DNA of 33,644 nt, from the NCBI GenBank assembly GCA_032718475.1, contig JAUCBJ010005706.1, positions 1 to 33,644 of the forward strand. Direction: 5' to 3'. The stretch comes from Nemertoderma westbladi. Lineage: Eukaryota > Animalia > Xenacoelomorpha. Under the pieces are notes generated by a model, which worked only from the letters and a program-made list of their open reading frames with translations, was not told the origin of the DNA and did not search any database. A program made the translations under genes and the position numbers. How positions within the stretch are numbered: the stretch's first letter is position 1; each line of letters begins with the position of its first letter. This document shows positions 10,482 to 21,174 of this stretch, one piece after another.

Positions 10482-11246
10482 TTAACTTTCTAGCTCCCGT
10501 TCTCTCATATTTTTCTTTGTAGATATTTTACGTTTCTTAAAGCCGCTAAACTCTGAATCCCCATACTGGAAGCACGATGTGGAATTGGAAACAGTCTTCT
10601 CTTTAATCTTTAACTTAAATGGTGGTTCCCCTGACTCCCGCCTACCACCTACACTAAATGTATGATCCATTGCAGTTGCTATAGGCCTAGTTACCGGTAA
10701 ATCTAAACAATCCCGTGGGGAGTTAATGTTACCGGTAGCAGTATTATACGCTGGCTGGCGATCAGTCCCTATTGACTTCCACTGTCCGAGACCAGTTCCT
10801 CGGCCCTTTTCCAGGCGAGGTTCTTGTATCGATGGTTTACTTTTAGTCACAGGAGGTACCGGTACCTTGGTAGCGGGCTGACTACCAGTAGCGATAGGCC
10901 TACTACCAGCTACCTGTCGCACAGTAGCTGGTTTATCGGAGTTTGGTCTACCGGTGGTGGGATTAAGTTTAACCCCGTATTGCCCAGCGCAATCTGGGTC
11001 CATTTGAATGTCTCTGCGAGCGGATTTGAGGGCCGCTTTCTCGATTTGCGCCAAACAGTTATCTATTTCTTCTTTCTCATTTCTATCTGTCGTCGCCTTT
11101 TTCCGAAGCTCCGTGATCTTGGATTCCACATTTTCTCTGTGCTTCATCCCATTCTCGTGTTTACGTTTTTGTACTTTGCTATCCGCCAACCAAACTTTAC
11201 ACAAATCACAAAAATATCGCTTATTTGATACCCAAAACTCAGTCAT
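10482..11246 (-). CDS. WBP4: WW domain-binding protein 4 (FBP21)-like spliceosomal protein, matrin/U1-type zinc finger, 254 aa, intronless CDS
   Basis: The N-terminus MTEFWVSNKRYFCDLCKVWLAD...HENGMKHRENV...IEKAALK matches the WBP4 zinc finger and following helix. C-terminal motifs GQW, LDLP, KEKTVS and FKKRK..KKNMRER match the WBP4 tail. Confidence 0.88.
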   Translation of the reverse strand: MTEFWVSNKRYFCDLCKVWLADSKVQKRKHENGMKHRENVESKITELRKKATTDRNEKEEIDNCLAQIEKAALKSARRDIQMDPDCAGQYGVKLNPTTGRPNSDKPATVRQVAGSRPIATGSQPATKVPVPPVTKSKPSIQEPRLEKGRGTGLGQWKSIGTDRQPAYNTATGNINSPRDCLDLPVTRPIATAMDHTFSVGGRRESGEPPFKLKIKEKTVSNSTSCFQYGDSEFSGFKKRKISTKKNMRERELES

Positions 11247-11874
11247 TTCACATTTGCAGATTTGGAAGAGTCAGATAGCAAGATACACTGATTCAGGGAT
11301 ACTGGGATACAGACAGGGAAAGTGCAGCCAGTACAGTACCGGTACCGCACGGCCTATATACTGATATACCTGTATACTGCTGTACTGATGTATGTAATCT
11401 GTATAATATGTAGGCCTACTAACAGACTAACTGACTTATTGGACCATTTTATTTTAAGTAGGCCTAACATATTTAAATATTTTTTTATAAATATACAGTA
11501 GTACAGACATTTATTGTACAGACATTTTACAGACAGTCAGTACTTATATATACTTACACATCTTAATAGTGCATTTTGATATTGCTATATTTATTACCTA
11601 TGTGTTACATATCTCGATTTTATGACATTTGCTGCTTTATTTTTAAATTACGGTCGACCATACTTTATATTTCTTTGTGTGTGTCTGTACGTCATAACTT
11701 TTGATATATTTTTCCCCTATGTTTTACATATTCGATTATTTCGAGTTGCTGTTATATTTTTAAATTTCTGACTGAACTACGGTCTACCATATTTTATTTA
11801 TTGTTTCTGATATATTTCTATCTGCATCAGAACTTTATTTATAAATTACATACTACTGTACTGTACTGTATGTC

Positions 11875-13445
11875 TTGGAATTGGTATTGGAATTGTTTTA
11901 TTGACATCAGAGTATGAAAACAATAAGAAAGTAAATGTGGTATGGAGTATAGACAAACACCGATCCAGAGAAAATAAATTTATACATAATTTAAGACGGA
12001 CTTGAACATGAGATTACTACCGGTAGTTCGAGTTATACTAAAATATAAGTGAAACATGATGTCGGGGATAGCCCCATGAGACAATGTCTCGTTTCCATGG
12101 GGGTCCTCTGGAAATACAATAGTTTAAAATTAAATAAAAGGACATACATTCAAATATCATAAATATTATAAAATATTTTACTTAAAATTCCTACAGTATA
12201 AAGATTTAAAAAAATGAGTTAAATAGAAGGACATACATTAAAATATCACGCGGATTATAAAATGTTTTACTTAAAATTTCTACAGTATAAAGATTTAATA
12301 AAATGGGTTGAATAAAAGGACATACATTAAAAGTATAAAGATTTAATAAAAAGAGTTGGTATAAAATAAGCAGATAATATAATATAAATAAATAGAAATC
12401 GGTAAAGAGGCAGATATTTTGGCGACACACATAATTTGGATTGTTTAAAATACATTAAATAATTACGCGGTTTGAAGCTTTAAAACATGACGGACAATAT
12501 GATGGATATTATAGGTGGACAAATTCGTATGTAAATAAGAGGCCACTAAAGTTTTATGTACATGTATGTGTATAGTGTATAGTCATTATGTAAAAGAAAA
12601 TTTAACTACATAGAGGGCACTAAAGATATGAAAAAAATACATTAAATAATATAAAAATGTAAAGATGTAATTTAAATTAGAATAAAATGTAGAGTTAGTT
12701 GATGACTAGTACCGGTACGTGAAAATGAGTAAAAAAGGAGGAATCGACAGTTTTTATTGGATATTATTAATGGTGTTGAAAAAGACCATTTACCATTATT
12801 GACCATTAGGCCCGATTCGTTGTTAACTAGCTGTTCTAGGAAGCACTCTTTTAATGCTTGCTTGAAGTTTTCGACACTTTTGATTTCCTCGATGCCATTC
12901 GGTAGTTTATTGCCATAGACGTGGTCCTGAGTATGAGAAAGCGTGTGACACCGATACCGTTCGTTTTTGAGGGATTTGCGTGTGGTAAGTTGCGTTACGC
13001 AGGTGGTGAGAGGACTCGTCGAATGCGATCAGCTCGCGCAGTTAGATAAGTGCTGAGTGGTGTCGAATGTTGTGCATCTGTGTTAGCGTTATTTGTTGGG
13101 TCCGCTCGGTAGTCGACAGCCAGTTTATTTCCACAAAGTAAGCAGCGCTGATGTGGGCCGTAGAGTCGAGACCCAGACAGAATCGGATGCATTTCCGATG
13201 GAGTGCATCGACTCGGTGGCGCAGGTGGCTCGCAGTGCTCGGGTACGAGCAGGGAGCGGCAAAGTCAATGAGTGGCTGAATTAAGGAGTTGCATAGCAAC
13301 CGACGTAAAGGTCTCTCGAGGTCTTGCGAGTTTCGGTGGAGGAATTTCAGGCATGCGTTGTCTTTACGGATGGCTAGTCGAGCGGCCTCTGCCCCTGAGA
13401 GTGAGGCATCCATTGTGTAACCGAGGTATTTAACCGTATCTGAGA
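11875..13445 (-). mobile_element. 5'-truncated CR1/L2 (Crack-like) LINE with frameshifted ORF2 end and long AT-rich 3' UTR
   Basis: VKYLG, LIQPLIDFA, KCIRFCLG, INWL and (after frameshifts) NKLPNGIEEIKSVENFKQALK are RT C-terminal motifs. A 3' motif lies at about 12065-12110. The element ends GATGTCAATAAAA plus short tandem repeats near 11875-11907. Confidence 0.8.
12130..12360. repeat. 89-bp imperfect tandem repeat (about 2.5 copies) in the LINE 3' UTR
   Basis: GGACATACATT occurs at 12140, 12229 and 12318. Confidence 0.85.
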
Positions 13446-13629
13446 GACCACGTTTTTTATTCTGGTATGATACGACTAGGTCTTCCATATTTTATTCTTT
13501 TGTGTCATCATAACTATTGCTATATCTATACCAGTGTTGCTCTTAATTTTCTAGTAATTTCCATATTTAGAGTTGCTGTTATATTTATTAATTACGTAGG
13601 TACTGTACAAATTTCTGTTAAATTCAGTT

Positions 13630-13858
13630 TAATTTAAAGGGACCTCCATGTAAACGAGATACAGTATAACCTCATGAGGCTATCCATGGAATGGGCTATC
13701 CCTAACATTGTTGTACTGTACTATAATTTAATATTATGTTGGATTACGTTATGCATTATTTTTAAAACGTACAATTTCCATATACCGGTTATTAATAATA
13801 TGCTGTTTATGTTATTGTTATGTACGATGTCAATAAAAAAAACTTCAACTCCAACTTC
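13630..13858 (+). mobile_element. 3' end of a second related CR1/L2-type LINE (or LINE-tailed SINE)
   Basis: GGACCTCCATGTAAACGAGA...CTCATGAGGCTATCC and the terminal GATGTCAATAAAA plus CAACTY repeats parallel the minus-strand LINE tail. Confidence 0.6.
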
Positions 13859-14801
13859 TTCATCAACCCTACCGTTTTGAATGGAGATGGCCTTGGTCTC
13901 CATTATCCAGGACTAACAATATAAACTTTACCTACAGTAATTAATATTTTTTCTATTTAATATTTTACTTAATAATGAATCATGGAGGCCATCTAATTTT
14001 TTAATTAACAGATTAAACTGCCTCCATGCTACATCAAACATTTTAATTCGCCACTAATTGAATACCACCCCAAATTAGATGATTTCACACCAAAAAAAAA
14101 TTATTTAGCACCAAATAACATGCATTTACTTTACATTACATGACTTTACTTTTGATCTTTGGTAAATTCAATTGAAATTCTCTAAAGAGCAAACCTGCTT
14201 TTAACGACAATTGACTTCCGATTGTCAACAAAACCAAGAATTTGGGTTGACGGAGAAAAGTCACCCAAAACAAAAACGATTTATTTTTGTGGATTACCAT
14301 GTCTTTCCCATTGCCAAATAAAATATTTATAATATTTTTTAGTTGTTGCTGTAACTACTGTAAAACAACGAAATTATTCTGGAATTCCCTGTACAGTACT
14401 TAATGAAATGTAGTATTCAAGGTAAATAAATACAGTAGTATTTATTTTATTTTTATTTTATTTAGTATGGAGTGTGCGCGCCCAACAAATCGTTCTAACA
14501 AAACGATTGTGTTTAAAACGTTCACGTCCCACACTACACTTATTTTTTTAACTACAGTAGTACTTTCTTTGATATAATTAATTTATTATTAAGTTAAGAG
14601 TGAATCGCAGCACTTTTAATAGCGAAATTAAAATCACGCAAACACAAATTTGACAGCAAAAACGTGAACACTCCACACTATGACCAAATATATGTCTTTG
14701 GCAACTTTACAACATTACAGTAACCCCTAACAATATCTTACAACTGGTTTTATTAAGTACCGGTATCAAGTATAAGTATAAGAACAGTACTGTATGTAAC
14801 A

Positions 14802-15382
14802 ATGTCTTCCGATGATTCAGCAACTATTAAGGTTAAGTTAGCGCAGGAAATACTCATGGACAATGACCGCCAGTGTAAGGAACGGGGCGAGGAAATACTG
14901 TACAAGATTATTCCTAAAAGAATTAATCATCTGAGAAAATTGTTGTGTCAATCACCCTGGAATAAGCGGAAACTGGATGCTGTTGATGTTGAGATTAACA
15001 TTGACCCGAGCTTCTGCCACTTCGATCACTGTATCCATATCGATAGCGACTCAGATAATGGCGAAGCTGCTTCACAGAAACATGACGATTGTGAAAGAAA
15101 AAATAAAGTTGTGAAGAAAAGTTGCCATATGGTTCTACACCCTCGCATTGCATGTAACGATAAAATCGTGGAACTGGATAATTTCCTTGAGAATTTACGC
15201 TTGGATATGATAGAAGATATTGCTGGTTTGAAGGCTTGGATAAAGATGTTAGTGCCAAAGGTTGAGGATGGAAACAACTTTGGAGTAGAAGTTCAAAAAA
15301 TGGTTTTAAGCAAAATCGAACACATCAAGGCTAAACTTAGTGATGCTTCTGAAACTAACGTTTGCACCTATCACAACGAGAG
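14802..15382 (+). CDS. PSME3: Proteasome activator PA28/REG (gamma-like), coding exon 1
   Basis: Activation loop WIKMLVPKVEDGNNFGVEVQ. The exon ends at an AG|GTAGGT donor (phase 2). Confidence 0.9.
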
Positions 15383-15930
15383 GTAGGTTTACTGAAACTA
15401 ACGTTTGCACCTATCGTGAAATCATTTTATTACAAAATATTTCATAGAAACAAAATTAAATGAGCAGAGCTTGTCTCATGGGGGGGGGGGGGGGGGGGGG
15501 GGGGGTGGTGGTTTAGTGCAGTAATAATGTATTGTCAATATGTATTTGTACAGTACACCACTACAGTAGGGCATTCCATCCAATGGCGATGGACGGCTGG
15601 CTCCGTCCATACCAAGCTGCCTCCGTTATTGTTATTGTAATTTTAACTGAGTTTCGGGAAATAAAAGAAATAATGAAATTGAAAGAAATAATAATAATAA
15701 TATGAGTAGCGGATGATTGAATATAAGTTTTTGATAAGATGGAACCAAACTTGGTATCCTAAACACACATGTATGTAGTCTATCAAACATTTAGAAATTC
15801 TACATAAGGACATATTTCCACAATTCCTTTGTCGACCACTAGGTGGCGAATGACTAGATCCACTAGAAATATAGACTAGAAATAATAATCATATATAATG
15901 TAGTGCGTAAGGTACACTTTATATTTGCAG

Positions 15931-16138
15931 AGCAGGATTGGTGACCAAGTTGTGCAAATCCCCTCATGTTGAGGACTACAGACAGGCAATAAAGAAGACA
16001 GACCAACAAACATTCACCGCCATGAGATTAGAAGTTTCTGAGATAAAGCAGCTGTACATTGATTTAAACAACGCCATAACCAAAAACATCACAAAAATTC
16101 TCCAACCAAAAGGCAACAACGCAAACCACATGTATTAA
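15931..16138 (+). CDS. PSME3: PA28/REG coding exon 2 (spliced product about 262 aa)
   Basis: A TTTGCAG acceptor ends at 15930. The join gives YHNERAGLVTKLCKSPHVEDYR...KNITKILQPKGNNANHMY*, the canonical PA28 C-terminus ending in Tyr. Confidence 0.92.
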
Positions 16139-16502
16139 TAGTTTCACTGCCACTTATGGGGTATTCGCAATCTCTGATTTTGCCAATCATAATTTCAACC
16201 TATTGGTGTAGTTGTAATATATTATTATAGTATACCGGTAGGGCCTACGCCTAATGAATTCCATGCGAAAAATTTAAGTGAAAAGTTAAGTAAATGTGTA
16301 ATGAACCTATGGGTAATTCATGTTCAGTTTTAAACACCTCAAACAATACATAATTCCTCTGTAATTAAATTTTTTATTCCAAAATTGTAACATTACTCAA
16401 CGCCGTTAGTATTAACAGCGAGTTGTTATTTAGCACTTTACAACCTTAGAGAGGACATTACAGCATTGTATTGGCCTGTACATTTAGTATTGTATTTGGT
16501 GT

Positions 16503-16673
16503 TATTGTTTACGTGGTAATCCATGACGGGGTTAAGTAATGTCCACTAAGGGGACATTACTTAACGCCGGCATTGGATACCACGTAAATAAATTGGTAAT
16601 CCATGACGGGGTTAAGTAATGTCCAATAAGGGAACATTACTTAACGCCGTCATTGGATACCACGTAAACAATA
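16503..16673. repeat. Two tandem 80-bp palindromic units bounded by TATTGTTTACGTGG / CCACGTAAACAATA inverted ends (MITE-like)
   Basis: GGTAATCCATGACGGGGTTAAGTAATGTCC at 16515 and 16595 is followed each time by its imperfect reverse complement. Confidence 0.85.
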
Positions 16674-17536
16674 GGTGGAAATTTGCCTCACAGCCAGATA
16701 GGCCTACTGCATTACCTACCGGTTTGCGGGGTATAGCTATTAATAACCAGTAGGGCCTAGCTATAATATTATAACATGGCTCCAAAAGCCGCGATAAATA
16801 TAAGCTAACTTATTTATAACATATTTATGTCATTTTTACATTTATTTATACAGCAACTAATTTAATTTGTGCAGTTTCTATCACTTGTAATGTATATGTA
16901 CAATCATTTCGTAGTGTTAACATTTTGGAATAAAACTACATACATCTTGTTGCAAAGTACTTTACAGTGTTCTGATCCTCGTGGTTTTATTTTCACTCAC
17001 TCACTAACGTTCGTTCGTGTAACAAAGCCACTCGGATCATCACACTGTAAAGTGCTACTTTACACAAAAGTATGTAAATACAGTAGTTTACTTCTATTTC
17101 TAACGGTCGCGGTATTGTTTGCATATAAATCGATTCTATTTATTATCCATTCGTGCACTGTTGTAGGTACAGTACCGGTACACTAATTAGGCCTATAGCT
17201 GATGCTTATTTGATTCTGTTTCTATGGATGGTTTCCATATTGATTTTGTATCGCACATGAAACAAGAAATGACTAAATCAATTACTCATTAATAGTAAAA
17301 TATACAGTATCAGCGCAATATGTATAGGCCTACTGTACATTGTTTTGTGCGACATTTTATTCTATACAACTTTCGTTGTTTCGTATTCACAGTAGCCTTC
17401 TATTAATTATAGATATCAGATGTTACCTACAGTATTGTAGCAACAACAGCAACAAACGAACAAAGATTTCCTTCCATCAGGCACGAGATCCGTGACTTTG
17501 TCGCCGATGTATTATTGACCGATGTGTCACAATGTG

Positions 17537-18080
17537 TGTGACGGGATCCGAGAGGATCCCGGTTTATCCGGTGTTGTTTCGTACGCGTCCCCGCCGTGAG
17601 AATGAAAGAAAAGAGTTTGTCGTTCTTCCAGTATTATTGATAATATGTATATGAGATAGACGGAGTAATGCAGTAATGATAGCACAGTATACCGGTAATG
17701 ATATGGTAGTATATATTGGTGACGGTGGTGATGGTCTTAACTGTCACCGTTCTGCCTAACTGTACTGAGATGACTGAATGAGTATTGCATCGACCGGTAA
17801 TATATATTGCACGGTTTGGCCTTGTTACAGTACCTAGTCGATGCTTCCCCCCTGATTGGCTAATATCCTACTTGTCACCCTTTGCCCCCCTCTGAAGTGC
17901 TTCCCTTCGCCCTTGCTATTCTCTCTCTGTCAGGGGTATGGCCCCTGACCCCTATTGTGTGTTTCTCCTTCCCACTTTGTTGGGGTGACACGAGGTTGAT
18001 ATTGGTAATCAACCTCGTGCTCCCAATATTGCTTAACGGCTCACTTTATGGGTTGGTTAGCGGAATTGGATAAGCTAACA
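17537..18080 (-). mobile_element. Probable solo LTR (544 bp)
   Basis: TGT...ACA termini are flanked by the 5-bp direct repeat ATGTG (17532-17536, 18081-18085). On the minus strand a CCAAT (about 17854) precedes a TATA-like run (about 17800). Confidence 0.6.
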
Positions 18081-18385
18081 ATGTGGCGGTGGCGCCATTC
18101 CTCCAACCGCTAATGGGCGAGCAGAACAGGCCACCCTCCCCACTAATTTTGAAAAATTAGATATCCTGTAGCTTTGATATTTTTCTTTGTGCCTATTGCC
18201 TACCGGCTGATTTTGTGGACCGACCTTTTCAACCGTTTCTAATTGTCATTCTACAGCCAGACAGCTGCGTACCGGTACCTATTGTTTGACTGCCTGCTTT
18301 TTTTTGGATATACAGTATACATGTAGAGCGACTACGGTACAGCCTGTCTGACCATGTGACTACTGACGCTCTGACCATATGTTTT

Positions 18386-18533
18386 CCCTCAATTGTTAAA
18401 GTGATCGTTTATTGTTTTGGTTAGAAAAGCCCGCCTCTGTAACCTGCTCCTTTCCCTTAATTGGTAAAGTAGCCGTTTATTGTTTTGGTTAGAAAAGCCT
18501 GCCTCTGTAACCTGCTCCTTTCCCTCAATTGGT
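18386..18533. repeat. About 62-bp tandem repeat (2.4 copies), with inverted diverged copies at about 19200-19340
   Basis: GTTTATTGTTTTGGTTAGAAAAGCC..CCTCTGTAACCTGCTCCTTTCCC occurs twice. CAGGTTACA...TTTCTAACCAAAAC occurs twice downstream. Confidence 0.8.
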
Positions 18534-19499
18534 ATATATTTTGGAATAACTTTGGAATAATTTTAGATTTTATATAGGATTATATATATAGGATATATTA
18601 TATAGGAATATCCCGAACCAAAGATCTTGTCACATAACATATGGGGGTGAGGGAGGGGGCATAATCTCCTAATTCCAGTATTCTGACTGGGGGCATAATC
18701 TCCTAGGAGATTTTTCCCGGGGGGGGGGGGGGGGCATTTTCGACTGGAGGGCAAATCCTCCTGCTACACAGGTATGCATCCGATGCAGCAAGGTATGGTA
18801 GGAGTAGGAAGTAGGAACATACTGTACTCGTTTTTCGTTTCGTCAATTCGTACCTTGTTCATATAAGTACGTATAAATTAATAGTATAAACAACTAGACC
18901 AATGTAAAGTAAAGTAAAGCAAATTTTCTTCGACCATTAGGCCCTGGATTACGCACAATATCTGACAACTTACTGACTTATTTCCAGTGTGGTCCCCCCC
19001 AGAGCTATACTCCCCAGAGGAAACTCAGGCCCATGTAAGTAAACATTCCCAGAGTGCCCAGGAAAGCCAAAATGAGACAACGTTTATTTAAAGGGGTGGG
19101 TGGGTGAATGGATGGGTGGTGGGTCGGTAGATCGGTAGGATAATGAGAATGAGGGAAAGTGGTTTGGAATATGAGAATCAATTAACGCTGTTTGTTACCT
19201 ACTAATTGAAGGAAAGGGGCAGGTTACAGCGGTGGCACTTTCTAACCAAAACTATAAACGTTGTTGTCACCTACAAATTGAGGGAAACAAACAGGTTACA
19301 AAGTCTGTCTTTTCTAACCAAACCAAAACAATAAACAACCATCCACCCACCTTCCCATCCACCCACCTTCCCACATCGCCATCCATCCTCCCACATTACT
19401 ACCCACCTTCCCACATTACCATAGTACCACCCACCCACCCACCTTCTCAGCTCACCGTCCGACCGACTGATCAACAGACCATTCCCCCTCAAAAAATAA

Positions 19500-19636
19500 A
19501 GGACTTCGCGCAGTACTTGAATACCAAAACACTTCAAAGTATTCGTGCCGAAACGAAAACTACCTTGGCCCCCACTCGGGGGTTGAACCCACAACCTCCG
19601 TGAGATGTGAATTCAATCTAACCACTACACCAAGGT
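19500..19636 (-). mobile_element. tRNA-derived SINE head
   Basis: The minus strand has an A-box TGGTGTAGTGG and a B-box GGTTCAACCCC at tRNA-like spacing, but no intact cloverleaf. The A-box segment is duplicated at 19654-19674. Confidence 0.65.
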
Positions 19637-21174
19637 AGGCTCTGAACCAAGGTATCTAACCACTACACCAAGGTGGAACAAGTGTCGGATACCGTCAGAT
19701 CAGATCAGATCGCAGATAAGGACAGTCGTTTTAGCCATTCTACTTATTACAAATATAGTCTAAATCATAATCGATGTTATTGGGCAAACAAGAAGTGCAT
19801 TCGACCATGATATGTCACAATTATCACAGAGCACACGTAGATCCTGATTTATGTGTGTGTCTGATTCCCAGGATTTCATACAGTTATAGCAATAGCCTTA
19901 AAGTATCAGAAGATGCAGATGCAGAAGGAACAACTGTAGCTGGTTTGTTGATAGTTGTCGCGACTGGAGCTTATATAGAACGTTTGTGAATTGCGTATCG
20001 TCATATTATCTTGCATTAATTTATTTGATAATATTATAGTGATTTAGGCGTCATATTTTTATGTTAATATTGTTGATTATTTAGTTGAATTATCGCCATA
20101 AAGTATCTTACATTGATTTATTATATTTATTTATGCTAAAGTTAAATGTATTTTATAGAGTGTGTGATTAGGGAATATTTGATTTAATGTTTGGTGAGTT
20201 TCTAGTGGTATTTAGCAGTAATATTATTGCTTGGTGTAGGCTTCGTAATTATTGCGTTAGTTGAGTATAGATTATTTTGTGTTGTAGTTACATTGAATTT
20301 AATCATTATTAGCCTCTGTTGGTTGTAGGAGTAATCTGGGGGCCAATATTTTCCTTCTGGGAGTGGGATAGAGAGTGAGCGGGTATATTGGAGTGCCTTT
20401 GTGGTGTGTTTGCTTCGCTTGTTGTTGTGTCTGTAGTTCTTTATGTGGAGATGCACTCAGTTGTGTTACTCTATTGTCGTAAAGGTCAAACTGGTTATAG
20501 CCAGCCCGGATGTTTGTAGGAGTAACAGTGCAGTTTATTGCTCGGTTATTAATTAACACATTTTCAGTAGATAATATTGGGTTGGATTTGTTGTATATAA
20601 ACCGATATTCTGGGTATCATTTCTTCAGTAGCCTACGGAACCCCCCCCCCCCCCCCCCCCCCCCAGCCAAGCAGAAGGATGTTTTTTATTATTATTATTG
20701 TTTTAGCGACATAGTTTGGGCAATTTATATTGCGGTTGATTATGTGATTATTATTATGCCTTAATTATTTATATTATTATATTCACTATATTGTCATAAT
20801 ATTTTTACTGATTGTAACATCGTATTGTAAACCATGATAACCTTAAGTACGTAAATATACAGAACTTTATATGATTGTTTTTATAACCTTATGTTTTTAT
20901 AACTTAATTTTATTGCCACACCTTATTTATTTTATCTACATCCCTACCACTCTGTTAGACACTGTCAGCTAACGGCCCTACCTTTGTTGTCGGCGTGTTT
21001 TAGCGCGCACAACAGTATCTCTCTCATAACTTTGCGATACCGAGTCACTTCAGATCCTGAGGTAACCCTGCATACTAGTTTATGTTCAGGTGAAGCATCA
21101 AACTTATGATAGCTTCTTGTACCACCAGGGACTCGAGCAACAACTATAGCGAAATGTGGTACCATCTCAGCTTC

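Noticed and set aside
10824-11364. Plus-strand ORFs overlapping the WBP4-like gene
   Set aside because: Antisense shadows of the real CDS. The same applies to the small ORFs opposite the Gypsy, PA28 and BEL ORFs.
19565-19636. Functional tRNA gene
   Set aside because: A and B boxes are present, but acceptor and anticodon stems could not be formed. It is better explained as a SINE head.
20200-21170. Short ORFs that may be LINE or transposon accessory remnants
   Set aside because: No motif could be identified with confidence.
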